From Escherichia coli (GTDB lineage: Bacteria; Pseudomonadota; Gammaproteobacteria; Enterobacterales; Enterobacteriaceae): a stretch of 64,000 bases of DNA. Made by a program: the position numbers and the translations under genes. The stretch is from the NCBI RefSeq assembly GCF_003790525.1, contig NZ_CP033635.1; one strand, given 5' to 3'. Positions within the stretch are counted from its first letter, which is position 1; every line of letters starts with the position of its first letter. Shown here in pieces: positions 10,055-20,475 of the stretch. Under the pieces are notes generated by a model. It saw nothing but the letters and a program-made list of their open reading frames with translations. It ran no database searches and had not been told where the DNA came from.

Positions 10055-10351
10055 AAGATGAAAAAAATGTTGTTTTCTGCCGCTCTGGCAATGCTTATTA
10101 CAGGATGTGCTCAACAGACGTTTACTGTTGGAAACAAACCTACAGCCGTAACACCAAAGGAAACCATCACCCATCATTTCTTCGTTTCGGGAATTGGGCA
10201 GAAGAAAACTGTCGATGCAGCAAAAATTTGTGGTGGTGCAGAAAATGTGGTTAAAACAGAAACCCAGCAAACATTCGTAAATGGATTGCTCGGTTTCATC
10301 ACTTTTGGCATTTATACTCCGCTGGAAGCGCGGGTGTATTGCTCAAAATAA
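10055..10351 (+). CDS. bor: Bor lipoprotein (serum-resistance / Iss family)
   Basis: MKKMLFSAALAMLITGCAQQTFTVGNKPTAVTPKETITHHFFVSGIGQKKTVDAAKICGGAENVVKTETQQTFVNGLLGFITFGIYTPLEARVYC matches lambda Bor as recalled, including lipobox LITGC; opposite strand to the lysis genes as in lambda. Confidence 0.9.
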   Translation, partial: KMKKMLFSAALAMLITGCAQQTFTVGNKPTAVTPKETITHHFFVSGIGQKKTVDAAKICGGAENVVKTETQQTFVNGLLGFITFGIYTPLEARVYCSK

Positions 10352-10382
10352 TTGCATGAGTTGCCCATTGATATGGGCAGCT

Positions 10383-10859
10383 CTATCTGCACTGCTCATT
10401 AATATACTTCTGGGTTCCTTCCAGTTGCTTCTGCATCGTCATCAACCGTTCTCTGAGGGTGAAATAATCCCGTTCAGCGGTGTCTGCCAGTCGGGGGCTG
10501 GTTGCATTATCCACGCCGGAGGCGGTGGTGGCTTCACGCACTGACTGACAGACTGCTTTGATGTGCAACCGACGACGACCTGCGGCAACATCATCACGCA
10601 GAACATCATTTTCAGCTTTCGCATCAGCTAACTCCTTCGTGTATTTTGCATCGAGCGCAGCAACATCACGCTGACGCTGCTGCATGTCAGCGATGGTGGC
10701 GATCGCCTGCTTCAGCTCACTGACTTTTTTATCGCGCTGCTCTTTGTAAGTGATGGCGTTATCGCGGTAATGATTGACCGCCCACGACAGGCAGACGATG
10801 ATGCAGATAACCAGAGCATAAATAATCGCGGCGACTCTGCTCACTGATCTATTCCCCAA
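10383..10859 (-). CDS. Rz: Spanin inner-membrane subunit Rz
   Basis: 158 aa; [36 protein letters not shown]...[64 protein letters not shown], near-identical to lambda Rz. Confidence 0.9.
   Translation of the reverse strand: MGNRSVSRVAAIIYALVICIIVCLSWAVNHYRDNAITYKEQRDKKVSELKQAIATIADMQQRQRDVAALDAKYTKELADAKAENDVLRDDVAAGRRRLHIKAVCQSVREATTASGVDNATSPRLADTAERDYFTLRERLMTMQKQLEGTQKYINEQCR
10442..10624 (-). CDS. Rz1: Spanin outer-membrane lipoprotein Rz1 (embedded in Rz, +1 frame)
   Basis: 60 aa [60 protein letters not shown]; lipobox VVGC and proline-rich core as in lambda Rz1. Confidence 0.85.
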   Translation of the reverse strand: MRKLKMMFCVMMLPQVVVGCTSKQSVSQCVKPPPPPAWIMQPAPDWQTPLNGIISPSENG

Positions 10860-11374
10860 CAGGCTAATGCGCTTTCCTGGTCACGACGAATAACCTGTCC
10901 GTAGCAGTTATTTGAACGTGTGCGGCAATCACGCCCACCGTCCTTAATCCACCAGCGAATCGACTCACAGGCACCTTTACGATCACCGGCATTAAGCCGC
11001 TTATAAAACGTCGACGGGAAACACTTACCGGGGCCAATGTTATAGGGACAGAATGACGCTATACCCGCTTTCTGTGGTTCGGTCAGTGGTACTTTAATAT
11101 TGCGCTCCACCCATGCCAGCGCCTTATCACGCTCAATGGCATTAACCTGAGCGCATTTTTCCTTCGACAGCTTCATTCCCGGTATGACGGGCTTACCATC
11201 CACCATTGTGGCACCACGACAGATGGTCCATATACCGGAACCATCGCGGTATGCCGTTGTGTGGTTACCTTCTTTTTCATCCAGAAACTGGTCGAGAATA
11301 TCAGGCGCAGGCGCACCGACGGCAATCAGTGCCAGAACGGCAGCCGACAGGCCGTATCTGATTTTTGCGTTCAT
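10841..11374 (-). CDS. R: Endolysin R (phage lysozyme, T4-lysozyme-like glycosidase)
   Basis: 177 aa; [22 protein letters not shown]...[15 protein letters not shown]...[16 protein letters not shown]; resembles the R lysozymes of lambdoid/Stx-type phages; overlaps Rz start. Confidence 0.85.
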   Translation of the reverse strand: MNAKIRYGLSAAVLALIAVGAPAPDILDQFLDEKEGNHTTAYRDGSGIWTICRGATMVDGKPVIPGMKLSKEKCAQVNAIERDKALAWVERNIKVPLTEPQKAGIASFCPYNIGPGKCFPSTFYKRLNAGDRKGACESIRWWIKDGGRDCRTRSNNCYGQVIRRDQESALACWGIDQ

Positions 11375-11497
11375 GTATATTTATCAGGATCTAAAGGTTT
11401 ATAACCCTGGATATATCAGGTATATAATCCAGTACCAGCATGTCTCATAAACATACCCGTTCAGGAAAACCAAACGACAACAGATGAGGCTTCAGAA

Positions 11498-11875
11498 ATG
11501 AACAGTAAAGAAAATTTGCGCAGTAGATTTTTGCAACTAATGACAGAAAAAGTTAAATCAGCGCTACTTCCACTTATGGTGGATAATAACGAAGCAACGA
11601 GCAGCATCCTTGCAGACCCTTACGGTAAACTCTCGCATAAAACGCTGGATATTATTATGAGTGCATTAACACCCCGTATGCTTCAACACCTGAAACAAGA
11701 TATTAACGCATGGGTGAATGAAGAATTGAGCCCCCCCTGTTCATGGGACAGACATTATGCATGGCAGCAAAAAATGAGGATTTTCAATTCATTATCACTA
11801 AAGTTCAGAGAACCGAAACAGCGTCCCTTCCCTCTGGAATCAGATAAAAAACAACCTGATCCCACAGGCCCGTAA
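11498..11875 (+). CDS. Hypothetical protein (possible moron between holin and endolysin, opposite strand)
   Basis: 125 aa ORF starting at ATG with upstream purine-rich sequence; no recognisable family. Confidence 0.3.
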   Translation: MNSKENLRSRFLQLMTEKVKSALLPLMVDNNEATSSILADPYGKLSHKTLDIIMSALTPRMLQHLKQDINAWVNEELSPPCSWDRHYAWQQKMRIFNSLSLKFREPKQRPFPLESDKKQPDPTGP

Positions 11876-12031
11876 TATTTTGAATACCGTGATTATTGAT
11901 ATCACAATGAAAGCTATTCCGCACAGTTATGCCCTGCTCCCCACGGGGCATGCCTCATGAAACGTTCCGGGCGTTTCATGTTCCCGGATTTTGTTAAAAG
12001 GTATATTATCCCCTCACTCCCGGGATATTCG

Positions 12032-12304
12032 TCATATTTCTTTTGGTGCCTTTTTCGCAATCTCAGCCACAGCATGTGCCGTAGCCGGAACATTACCGGC
12101 ATTAGTTCGTTCCAGAATTTCGAGCAATATGCGGGTTCGTTTTTCCTGCTCCCGTTTGTTAAGGCGATAAGTAAGAACGCCAAGAATGATACTGAACGCC
12201 ACGCCGATAATAAATCCCCAATCCTGCAGTGACAGGCTGGCAAAGAACGCAACAAGTCCTGCGCTGCCGTATGCAGCGTTACTGTATCGTTCGTCCATTC
12301 TCAT
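12032..12304 (-). CDS. Putative holin (two predicted TM helices)
   Basis: 90 aa; hydrophobic stretches GSAGLVAFFASLSL and GFIIGVAFSIILGVLTY followed by charged tail KREQEKRTR; sits upstream of the endolysin in the late operon. Not lambda-S-like; assignment by position and topology. Confidence 0.4.
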   Translation of the reverse strand: MRMDERYSNAAYGSAGLVAFFASLSLQDWGFIIGVAFSIILGVLTYRLNKREQEKRTRILLEILERTNAGNVPATAHAVAEIAKKAPKEI

Positions 12305-12643
12305 AGTCCCTCACCTCCGCCATCCGACATTACGGACGGCAGCAAGTCAGAATCTCGTTATAAAAAAGCCGCACGAAGAGGCTGTTTGTTCAGGTATTTT
12401 ATCCAGTGCGCCGTAAAACCCCGACCTTCAGGGTGTGGAGGATGTCAACATCAATAACTGACATTCTGCCCAAAGCTCCCGAAGATTCCCTTTGCACAAT
12501 TTCACTGACCGGATCTCAGCACAAGCCACAGGGAATGGTCAGTGTGACGCTCTCTGTGGCCCCTCCTGAAAAGCCCTGTGGTTTAATCGCGACGGACCTG
12601 GCGCGGATATGAAGCAGGCCGTGAGCACGAGCCTGGAAATTTA

Positions 12644-12719
12644 GTGCCGACTACCGGAATTGAAGTGGTGGCCTGATGGTTACAACTAAACTGTTCTGCC
12701 GACTGAGGTAAGTCGGCGC
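12644..12719 (-). ncRNA. tRNA-like element / possible degenerate third phage tRNA
   Basis: Abuts the two tRNAs; perfect 7-bp terminal complementarity (GCCGACT ... AGTCGGC) and a D-loop-like AGTCGG, but I could not fold a convincing cloverleaf or anticodon arm and there is no encoded CCA. Confidence 0.25.
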
Positions 12720-12796
12720 TGGACCGCCACCGGGGACTCGAACCCCGCACAGTCAGCTTAGAAGGCTGATGCTCTCTCCTGATGAGCTAGTAGCGG
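12720..12796 (-). tRNA. argN: tRNA-Arg (anticodon UCU)
   Basis: Minus-strand read CCGCTAC..CTCATCAGGAGAG..CAGCCTTCTAAGCTG..GGGGTTCGAGTCCCCGGTGGCGGTCCA: 7-bp acceptor (one G-U), anticodon loop with UCU, T-loop TTCGAGT, encoded CCA. Confidence 0.8.
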
Positions 12797-12797
12797 T

Positions 12798-12873
12798 TGG
12801 TGGCCCTTGCTGAATTTGAACCAGCGCCCTTGCGATTATGAGTCGCTCGCTCTCACCACTGAGCTAAAGGGCC
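12798..12873 (-). tRNA. ileZ: tRNA with CAU anticodon (Ile2-lysidine type or Met)
   Basis: Minus-strand read GGCCCTTTAGCTCAGTGGTGAGAGCGAGCGACTCATAATCGCAAGGGCGCTGGTTCAAATTCAGCAAGGGCCACCA: canonical cloverleaf, anticodon CAT, encoded CCA; resembles the ileX/ileY-type tRNA carried by lambdoid phages. Confidence 0.8.
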
Positions 12874-13327
12874 TCGAGCAGCATAATAACGTTACGGGAT
12901 TAATACCGCAAATCTCAGAGAAAGCCCGACAAACCCAACTAAGCGCACCTCTTATCTGGTCCGCCAAAGAGCTTAATGTCCGGTGCAGATTTTCGATGTA
13001 AAAAACCGCCTGGCTGCGGGTTTAAGTTGTGTGGCGTAGGAACCACTCTTACCATGATATGCATACTTTTACGATCGTAAAGTGTTTGTTCATACCCTGC
13101 ATGCTGCATGATTCACCCCACATACAATCTCTGGATTGTTGCGACGCTTGGCAAGATGTAATTAAAGATTATGCATTCTTCTATGCACGTATTTTTCTTC
13201 AAAAGCAATGTCTTTATTAAGGTTATATAAATAACTCATAACCCCAAATAATTAAATATATTTAGCACTTCTAATAAAAAAGATTGATCTTAATTTTTTG
13301 AGTGAAAGATAGCCATCTATTTATTAG

Positions 13328-14523
<1,196 letters not shown>

Positions 14524-14671
14524 TTAGCTTGCATGACTTCTTATTTTGTGATAGTGGTCACATATAAAGAATCGGACTCCTTAATTTTCCTTGTATACAT
14601 TATACACAGAAATTAAATTTTCATCCTGATAGCATTTTGTCGTCCAATTAACTCCCACCAGAGGATAAAAA

Positions 14672-15778
14672 ATGAAAAATTTAACAGTGGCACTTTCTGC
14701 TGTAGCAGCATCAGTATTTCTGGCAACGTCTTCAAATGCAGCAGAAATATACAATAAAGATGCAAACAAAGTGGATTTATACGGTAAAGCAGTTGGTTTA
14801 CATTATTTTTCTTCTGATAAGGACCAAAACGGAGATCAGACTTACGCACGCCTTGGATTCAGAGGTGAAACCCAAATAAATAATTATATTACTGGTTTTG
14901 GTCAGTGGGAATATAATTTCCAGGGGAACAACCCTGAAGGGGATGGAGCTCAAACTGGAAACAAGACTCGCCTGGCATACGCTGGTCTGAAGCTTGCAGA
15001 TGCTGGCTCTCTTGACTATGGTCGTAACTACGGCGTGGTGTACGACGCATTAAGCTACACTGACGTCTTCCCGGAGTTTGGACCTACCACAGCGCAAAAG
15101 GATAACTTCTTCGTTGGTCGTGTAGGCGGTGTTGCCACATACCGCAACACTGACTTTTTTGGACTGGTCGATGGGCTTAGCTTTGCAATTCAGTATCTGG
15201 GAAAAAATGAACGCAAGGATAAACCAGATACTTCAAACGGAGAGGGTGTAGGTGGCTCTGTCAGCTATGAATATGAAGGATTTGGTTTTGTCGCAGCATA
15301 CGGCGCTGCTGATCGTACTAAAAATCAGAAAAAGGCTGAGCTTGGTAAAGGGAAAAAAGCTGAACAGTGGGCCACCGGGGTAAAATATGACGCAAATAAT
15401 CTGTACCTGGCTGCCAGTTATGGTGAAACAAATAATACCCGTGCAATATCGTATGGTGATAATATTTCAGGAGTGGCGAATAAAACCGAAGATTTCACTG
15501 TTGTGGCACAATACCAGTTCGACTTTGGATTACGCCCGTCTCTTGCTTATACCCACTCTAAAGCAAAAAACCTTTCATCCAGTACTGATATTAGTAAAAA
15601 ACATGATGACGGATATATTGAAAAATTCGTTGAAGTAGGGGCTTCTTATTACTTCAACAAAAATATGTCTACATACATAGATTACAAAATCAATATGCTC
15701 GATAAAAATAAATTCACTGAAAGAACAGGAGTATCAACCGACGATATTGTCGCTGTTGGTCTGGTTTATCAGTTCTGA
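14672..15778 (+). CDS. Outer-membrane general porin, prophage-encoded (NmpC/Lc/OmpC family)
   Basis: 368 aa; signal peptide then AEIYNKD.NK.DLYGK...; [10 protein letters not shown]; [12 protein letters not shown]; [15 protein letters not shown]; C-terminal [12 protein letters not shown]; typical 16-strand porin signature, closest by memory to the DLP12 nmpC product. Confidence 0.9.
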   Translation: MKNLTVALSAVAASVFLATSSNAAEIYNKDANKVDLYGKAVGLHYFSSDKDQNGDQTYARLGFRGETQINNYITGFGQWEYNFQGNNPEGDGAQTGNKTRLAYAGLKLADAGSLDYGRNYGVVYDALSYTDVFPEFGPTTAQKDNFFVGRVGGVATYRNTDFFGLVDGLSFAIQYLGKNERKDKPDTSNGEGVGGSVSYEYEGFGFVAAYGAADRTKNQKKAELGKGKKAEQWATGVKYDANNLYLAASYGETNNTRAISYGDNISGVANKTEDFTVVAQYQFDFGLRPSLAYTHSKAKNLSSSTDISKKHDDGYIEKFVEVGASYYFNKNMSTYIDYKINMLDKNKFTERTGVSTDDIVAVGLVYQF

Positions 15779-15919
15779 TTTATTCTGTAAGAATATGCCG
15801 GGGGAGTGAGAACTTTTCTGGCATATAAAGTGGTGCCCTCATGCCACTGCAAAACGTTGGACAGTACTTAACTTTTCCAACGAACTTTCTGTTATTTATT
15901 AACCTTTTTGGTTTTTATA

Positions 15920-15948
15920 CTTGGGCGCTTTGCGCCCATTTTTTATTT
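15920..15948 (+). terminator. Rho-independent terminator downstream of the porin gene
   Basis: GGGCGCtttGCGCCC hairpin followed by ATTTTTTATTTTGT on the plus strand. Confidence 0.45.
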
Positions 15949-15956
15949 TGTACGCC

Positions 15957-16379
15957 TTATATCCCTGCCCTGGAGGACACAGTTTTACGACGTATCGAAT
16001 AATTTGTGCTCACATATCGATCCATCTCAAGGCGAACATCCAGCATCATCAACATACCATCAACCACTCCTTCAGCTTTTTGCAAACGCTTTCCAATATG
16101 CGTATCCGAACATCCATGTTTCCTTGCTAACTTCATGAACGTCATCCCATATACGTAGTAATCAACCAGCATGTCATGCATATCGGCGTTGTTCTTTTTC
16201 AGGCGAGCCATACAACCACATATAATCATCGCGTCATCATCGGAACACTGCGATCGCGATTTTACTTTTGACGGTATCAGCCCCTTAAATCCGGCGGCAA
16301 TGCCTGACCATTCCACGTCTTCATGATTATTTGCGACCCATGCCCCCCAACGTTCAAGAACCATCTGAATATCACGCAT
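15957..16379 (-). CDS. Late-gene antiterminator Q (DLP12 QuuD/YbcQ type)
   Basis: 140 aa [64 protein letters not shown]..., resembles the DLP12 prophage Q-like antiterminator as recalled; located upstream of the lysis cassette. Confidence 0.7.
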   Translation of the reverse strand: MRDIQMVLERWGAWVANNHEDVEWSGIAAGFKGLIPSKVKSRSQCSDDDAMIICGCMARLKKNNADMHDMLVDYYVYGMTFMKLARKHGCSDTHIGKRLQKAEGVVDGMLMMLDVRLEMDRYVSTNYSIRRKTVSSRAGI

Positions 16380-17236
16380 TATTCACACTCCCCAACCAGA
16401 TTGAGGATGACCTCTGCACCATTGTCTTTCATATATTCGCCCTTTCCGCTTGCCAAAAACCAACGACACACCTCCACGGCTTCAGCCCGTGTCACCGGTT
16501 TGATGGTCATCAGCAATTTTTCAAGGTAGCGCTCGCGGTCATATACCGATTCGTGATGCTCAGAGTAACCATACTCATCGCCCTGTTCTTTAGTTGCAGT
16601 GTGGCGAACACTGTAGAGCCAGTCCCAGTAAACAAACTCACGAACTACGTCTGACAATGTATGAGGCTCTGGCAGTACATCACGATAGCCATCAACATAT
16701 GCACGACGCTGATCATCAATTTCATTCATACGGATGCCGTCAATTCTGCCCGCTTTCTTCTCGGCTGCAGTCCAGCCCCAGAGATGATCGTCGATAAATT
16801 TCTGGGAAGACTTGATCACTCGCTCGGCTTCCACATCTTCGAGTGCTGCTTCATAGCTACCAAACGTAGCCCTGACTGATGCTGCTTTTTTGATATTCTC
16901 CCGGGCGATCCTGATTGCCTGTGCCGGGTTATCCATGCCGATGGTACCGAAAGCAATCTGGAAAGGATCGCCACCATTCGCCAGCAGATAACGCGAATAG
17001 CGTTCCTGGGCCTCTTTTGGGGATATTTTAATTTTCACCAGCGCGGCCTCAGCAGCATCCAGATGTGCGGGTTCGTTCAGACGGATAACCTCCAGTACCC
17101 AAAGATAAGCATCAGTCTGCTTATGCCCGGTGATTCTCCGTTGCTCTGGCAGGGGTTTGATGTTTGCGAGGGCGGAGCTGTACGCTGCCGTCGGGATGGT
17201 GAATAGTGCTTTATGTTCGTTGTTATCAGTACGCAT
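16379..17236 (-). CDS. Hypothetical phage protein (285 aa) immediately upstream of Q
   Basis: Clean ORF translationally abutting Q; no recognisable motif. Confidence 0.4.
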   Translation of the reverse strand: MRTDNNEHKALFTIPTAAYSSALANIKPLPEQRRITGHKQTDAYLWVLEVIRLNEPAHLDAAEAALVKIKISPKEAQERYSRYLLANGGDPFQIAFGTIGMDNPAQAIRIARENIKKAASVRATFGSYEAALEDVEAERVIKSSQKFIDDHLWGWTAAEKKAGRIDGIRMNEIDDQRRAYVDGYRDVLPEPHTLSDVVREFVYWDWLYSVRHTATKEQGDEYGYSEHHESVYDRERYLEKLLMTIKPVTRAEAVEVCRWFLASGKGEYMKDNGAEVILNLVGECE

Positions 17237-18204
17237 TACGCAGCCGCCTTTTTCTTATGGAAAACCAGCTCCCGAACCTGATCACCGTTCATGAGCATAT
17301 TGTTGAAATCATCGTGATCCGGCCAGTACACGCTCACGCGCTGCAGGTCATTCTTTGCCATCAGATTGGCATGAGCACATTCGCAAGCCGCAGCCAGCCC
17401 GGTGGCGCTGTTCTCGTCACGGTCGGCAAAAATAATCAGGTGCAGAACACCAGCTGGTACGCGGAACTTTTTCATAAAGCCGCTGTTAATGGTTGCCCAG
17501 GTGTTCACGTTATAAATCTGGTGCGCTGACAGCGCTGTTTCGATGCCTTCGGCGATACCCAGAGTGCTGGCGACAGGAAACATGCGGATAGCTACAGAAC
17601 GAGCGTGATCCAGATAGTTATCTTCCTGCAGGGATTTTAGGCGCTTTGCACTGCTACCGATATCTGCTTTTTTATCACCATCAAGCAGGGTCTGGTGCAG
17701 ATAGCACAGCTCCCCTTTATCGTCCGTAGCAAGTGAATAAAGAGACTGGAACACACTCCCGTTGTGTCTCTGCCTGGCATTGAACCTGATCGCCTCAGCA
17801 GGAAGACTGAATATTCCACGAGAATTAAGATACGCGGCGCCGGATGTACCACGCAGTGCCTCCAGTTTTGAAAACTTGCTCAATACCCGTTTGCGTAAGC
17901 TGGTGGCGCTGCTGGTTACCGGGATTTTAACCCGTTGGTAATTATTACCGATCAGGCGGTCTATTTCGGTACAAATCACGTTAAATGGCTTCGCCTGTGT
18001 CAGGGTGACAAGTTTCATACCATCGCCACTACCACATACACAGATCCACGTTCCTGCACCGTCGCGGTCGTCAATTCGGAACTTGCCACGTGCACCGCAT
18101 ACCGGGCATTCACCCTTAAAGTGATTTTTTCCGGTTATCGGCGGCAGACCGAAGTGCTCTAATATTTCAGGCCAGCGGCCTTTCGCTGCATCTGCTGTTT
18201 TCAT
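17236..18204 (-). CDS. Phage DNA primase (zinc-ribbon + Toprim-type)
   Basis: 322 aa; N-terminal zinc-binding pattern CPVCGARGKFRIDDRDGAGTWICVCGSGDG typical of P4-alpha/DnaG-like primase Zn domains; C-terminal acidic Toprim-like region (IIFADRDENSATG); adjacent to helicase. Confidence 0.65.
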   Translation of the reverse strand: MKTADAAKGRWPEILEHFGLPPITGKNHFKGECPVCGARGKFRIDDRDGAGTWICVCGSGDGMKLVTLTQAKPFNVICTEIDRLIGNNYQRVKIPVTSSATSLRKRVLSKFSKLEALRGTSGAAYLNSRGIFSLPAEAIRFNARQRHNGSVFQSLYSLATDDKGELCYLHQTLLDGDKKADIGSSAKRLKSLQEDNYLDHARSVAIRMFPVASTLGIAEGIETALSAHQIYNVNTWATINSGFMKKFRVPAGVLHLIIFADRDENSATGLAAACECAHANLMAKNDLQRVSVYWPDHDDFNNMLMNGDQVRELVFHKKKAAA

Positions 18205-18205
18205 C

Positions 18206-19864
18206 TTACTGACTCAGACTGTTTATATTTTTCTGGAGTTGTTGCTTTGCCTGCATAATGCGCCAAGCCTCACTTTCTTCCGGTGGAACATACCGGCCAC
18301 CAACAACCAGTGGCAGAGAAAGCACTTCGGATGAGTTTTTCGTCATCCTCCGTGTCCGTTCACGACCTTTAGCAAACCGGATCAGCTTGTGTCTGATGTA
18401 GTTACTTACCTCTGGGCTTATTTCCATCGGGAAACTGCTCAACCCATCAGGCCATTCACCGAATTTCTCCCTGAAAGTGTGAGCGCACCATCCATCACTG
18501 ACTGGACGCCCCAGTGAGGCACGCTGGCGCTGATAAAATTTGATCTGACTCCACCAGGCCTGTTTCTCTGCCTTCGTGGACTGATGCTGATTTTTACCCA
18601 GCTTATTAAGTTTGCGGCTAGTGTCAGTATCAACGTCTTCACCTCGCAGCGGCTTGTGTCCACATTTCGGGCAAACATAGACGCCAGCTGGCTTCATGTA
18701 GTGGCATTGAGGGCATTCATGTGGCAATTTTTCGGCCCGTTCCTCAACTGCGCGGCGCGTGCTTTCCTCCATGCCGTCAGACTTACCGGGAAGATCGTCG
18801 TACTCGATTGAATCCGGATAACCCAGACGGTGCACGGTGCCGCTGTGATCGAAGATAAGGCAGGACGCTTTACCCGGTGCGGTGCGAAGTCCACGCCCGA
18901 GTGCCTGCAACCAGCGAATTTCGCTTTTTGTTGGCCTGGCGTAGATGATGCAACGAACGTCACTATCGAATCCGGCTACCAGAACGCCCACACTAACGAT
19001 GATTTTCGTTGCACCGGTTTCAAAGCGGTGAATGATGGTCTGGCGCTCATCTACCGGAGTGTCGGCGGTCATTACCTCAGCGTTAACACCCGCCAGGTTA
19101 AACTGGATTGTCAGATAATTGGCGTGAGCTACGTTGACGCAGAAAGCGATGGTAGGTAAATCCCGACCATTCTCCAGCCAGTTCTGTACGATGTCGCCCA
19201 CCAGCGTAGAGCCGCACATGATTTCAGCCAGCTGCGTTTCGTTGTAATCCCGGCCGTACTCAAGCGAAGATGTGGTTTTAACACCTTTCAGATCCGGCTT
19301 AGTTGGCGCGTAAAATTCGTATTTACTCAGATCGCCACGCTGGATTAACTCGCCGATGGTGGTCGGCTTAATCAGTCGGTCATAGTATTTGCCCAGGAAC
19401 GGAGAAAACGGAGTACCCGACAGGCCAATCACCTTTACGCCTTTGCCGCGCAGACGTTCGATATCCTTCAGGATGCGTTTTTTACGCAGGTGCGCTTCGT
19501 CGATAATCAGCAGATCGATATTTTCAGGAAAAACACGACGAATAAGCGTGTCAGCGCTGGCAATCTGAATTTTCCGGTCCGGATCGTAGTTCGGGTGATC
19601 CGCCCAGATATAACCGATTTCATCTCCAGGTAAACCATACTGCACGAACCGATTAGCCGTCTGACCAATCAGGATGGTGTACGGAACACAGAACAGAACA
19701 CGCATACCACGGCTGACAAAACCAGCAACTATGAAGGCTGCCAGACCCGTTTTACCGCTACCTGTTGGCGAGTAAACCATGAAGGTGTCGTTTGCCTTCC
19801 AGTCACGGCGCAACATGTTTAGCGCTCGTTCCTGTGCAAAATTCGGCGTGATTGTCAGCTGCAT
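18206..19864 (-). CDS. Superfamily-2 DEAD/DEAH-box helicase (phage replication helicase)
   Basis: 552 aa; Walker A SPTGSGKT, DEAH box LIIDEAH, motif III SGTP, helicase C-terminal QALGRGLR; C-terminal Cys4 zinc ribbon (CPQCH...CPKCG). Confidence 0.8.
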   Translation of the reverse strand: MQLTITPNFAQERALNMLRRDWKANDTFMVYSPTGSGKTGLAAFIVAGFVSRGMRVLFCVPYTILIGQTANRFVQYGLPGDEIGYIWADHPNYDPDRKIQIASADTLIRRVFPENIDLLIIDEAHLRKKRILKDIERLRGKGVKVIGLSGTPFSPFLGKYYDRLIKPTTIGELIQRGDLSKYEFYAPTKPDLKGVKTTSSLEYGRDYNETQLAEIMCGSTLVGDIVQNWLENGRDLPTIAFCVNVAHANYLTIQFNLAGVNAEVMTADTPVDERQTIIHRFETGATKIIVSVGVLVAGFDSDVRCIIYARPTKSEIRWLQALGRGLRTAPGKASCLIFDHSGTVHRLGYPDSIEYDDLPGKSDGMEESTRRAVEERAEKLPHECPQCHYMKPAGVYVCPKCGHKPLRGEDVDTDTSRKLNKLGKNQHQSTKAEKQAWWSQIKFYQRQRASLGRPVSDGWCAHTFREKFGEWPDGLSSFPMEISPEVSNYIRHKLIRFAKGRERTRRMTKNSSEVLSLPLVVGGRYVPPEESEAWRIMQAKQQLQKNINSLSQ

Positions 19865-20475
19865 TGTGCTGCCTCCCCATGGTTCAGCGGGAGGCGCCTG
19901 AAATGGTGACCGCGATGAGACTTTGTTCTTCCAGCAATAACAGCATAAACACTACCGTGATCAAACCCGGCACTAATTAGCGCCTTTTTCCCGCAAAAGG
20001 TTTGCTCTTCCCTGGTCGCAATATTTGTGGCGACAATCAGGCCCTTAAATTGTTTGTTGTTCGCCCCCTGAGAATTATTCAGCCCGGTGTGAATAGAATG
20101 CTGAATGTTTTCGCTATGGCTAACCCACTCCAGATTGGATGCATGGTTATTCAGCTTGTTGCCGTCCTTATGGTTCACTTCAGGGTGGTTGTAAGGGTTG
20201 CTGCAAAAAGCCAGCGCTACCAGACGGTGTACGGCAAAAGTTTGGCGATTACGTTTGTAGCTCAGGTTAACGGTTTTATATCCATCCCGGCGCACTCTTC
20301 CCTTGAGGAACACGCCACGAATTTGGCGAATAAAAAATTCCGATTCAGCAATTCGATTAACCCCACGGATGCGTCCCGCCGAGCTAACGAGGTAAGCATC
20401 ACCATACGGAGCAACAGGAACCGGAAGCCATTTTTCACCATCAAAACTGTTAACCATAAAATCACCTCTGAACAT
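19855..20475 (-). CDS. HNH homing-type endonuclease (NUMOD4/HNH_3-like)
   Basis: 206 aa; GEKWLPVPVAPYGDAYLVSSAGRIR (NUMOD4-like) and HRLVALAF...PEVNHKDGNKLNNHASNLEWVSHSEN (HNH motif). Start may be the internal Met (MVNSFDGEKW). Confidence 0.7.
   Translation of the reverse strand: MFRGDFMVNSFDGEKWLPVPVAPYGDAYLVSSAGRIRGVNRIAESEFFIRQIRGVFLKGRVRRDGYKTVNLSYKRNRQTFAVHRLVALAFCSNPYNHPEVNHKDGNKLNNHASNLEWVSHSENIQHSIHTGLNNSQGANNKQFKGLIVATNIATREEQTFCGKKALISAGFDHGSVYAVIAGRTKSHRGHHFRRLPLNHGEAAQCS

Noticed and set aside
11914-12255. 113-aa minus-strand ORF overlapping the putative holin in another frame
   Set aside because: Translation is low-complexity with no TM helices; the 90-aa frame with two TM segments is the more plausible gene.
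12305-12643. Search for Shiga toxin genes downstream of the phage tRNAs
   Set aside because: Only about 340 bp with a single 68-aa ORF of no recognisable character; no StxA/StxB-like reading frames.
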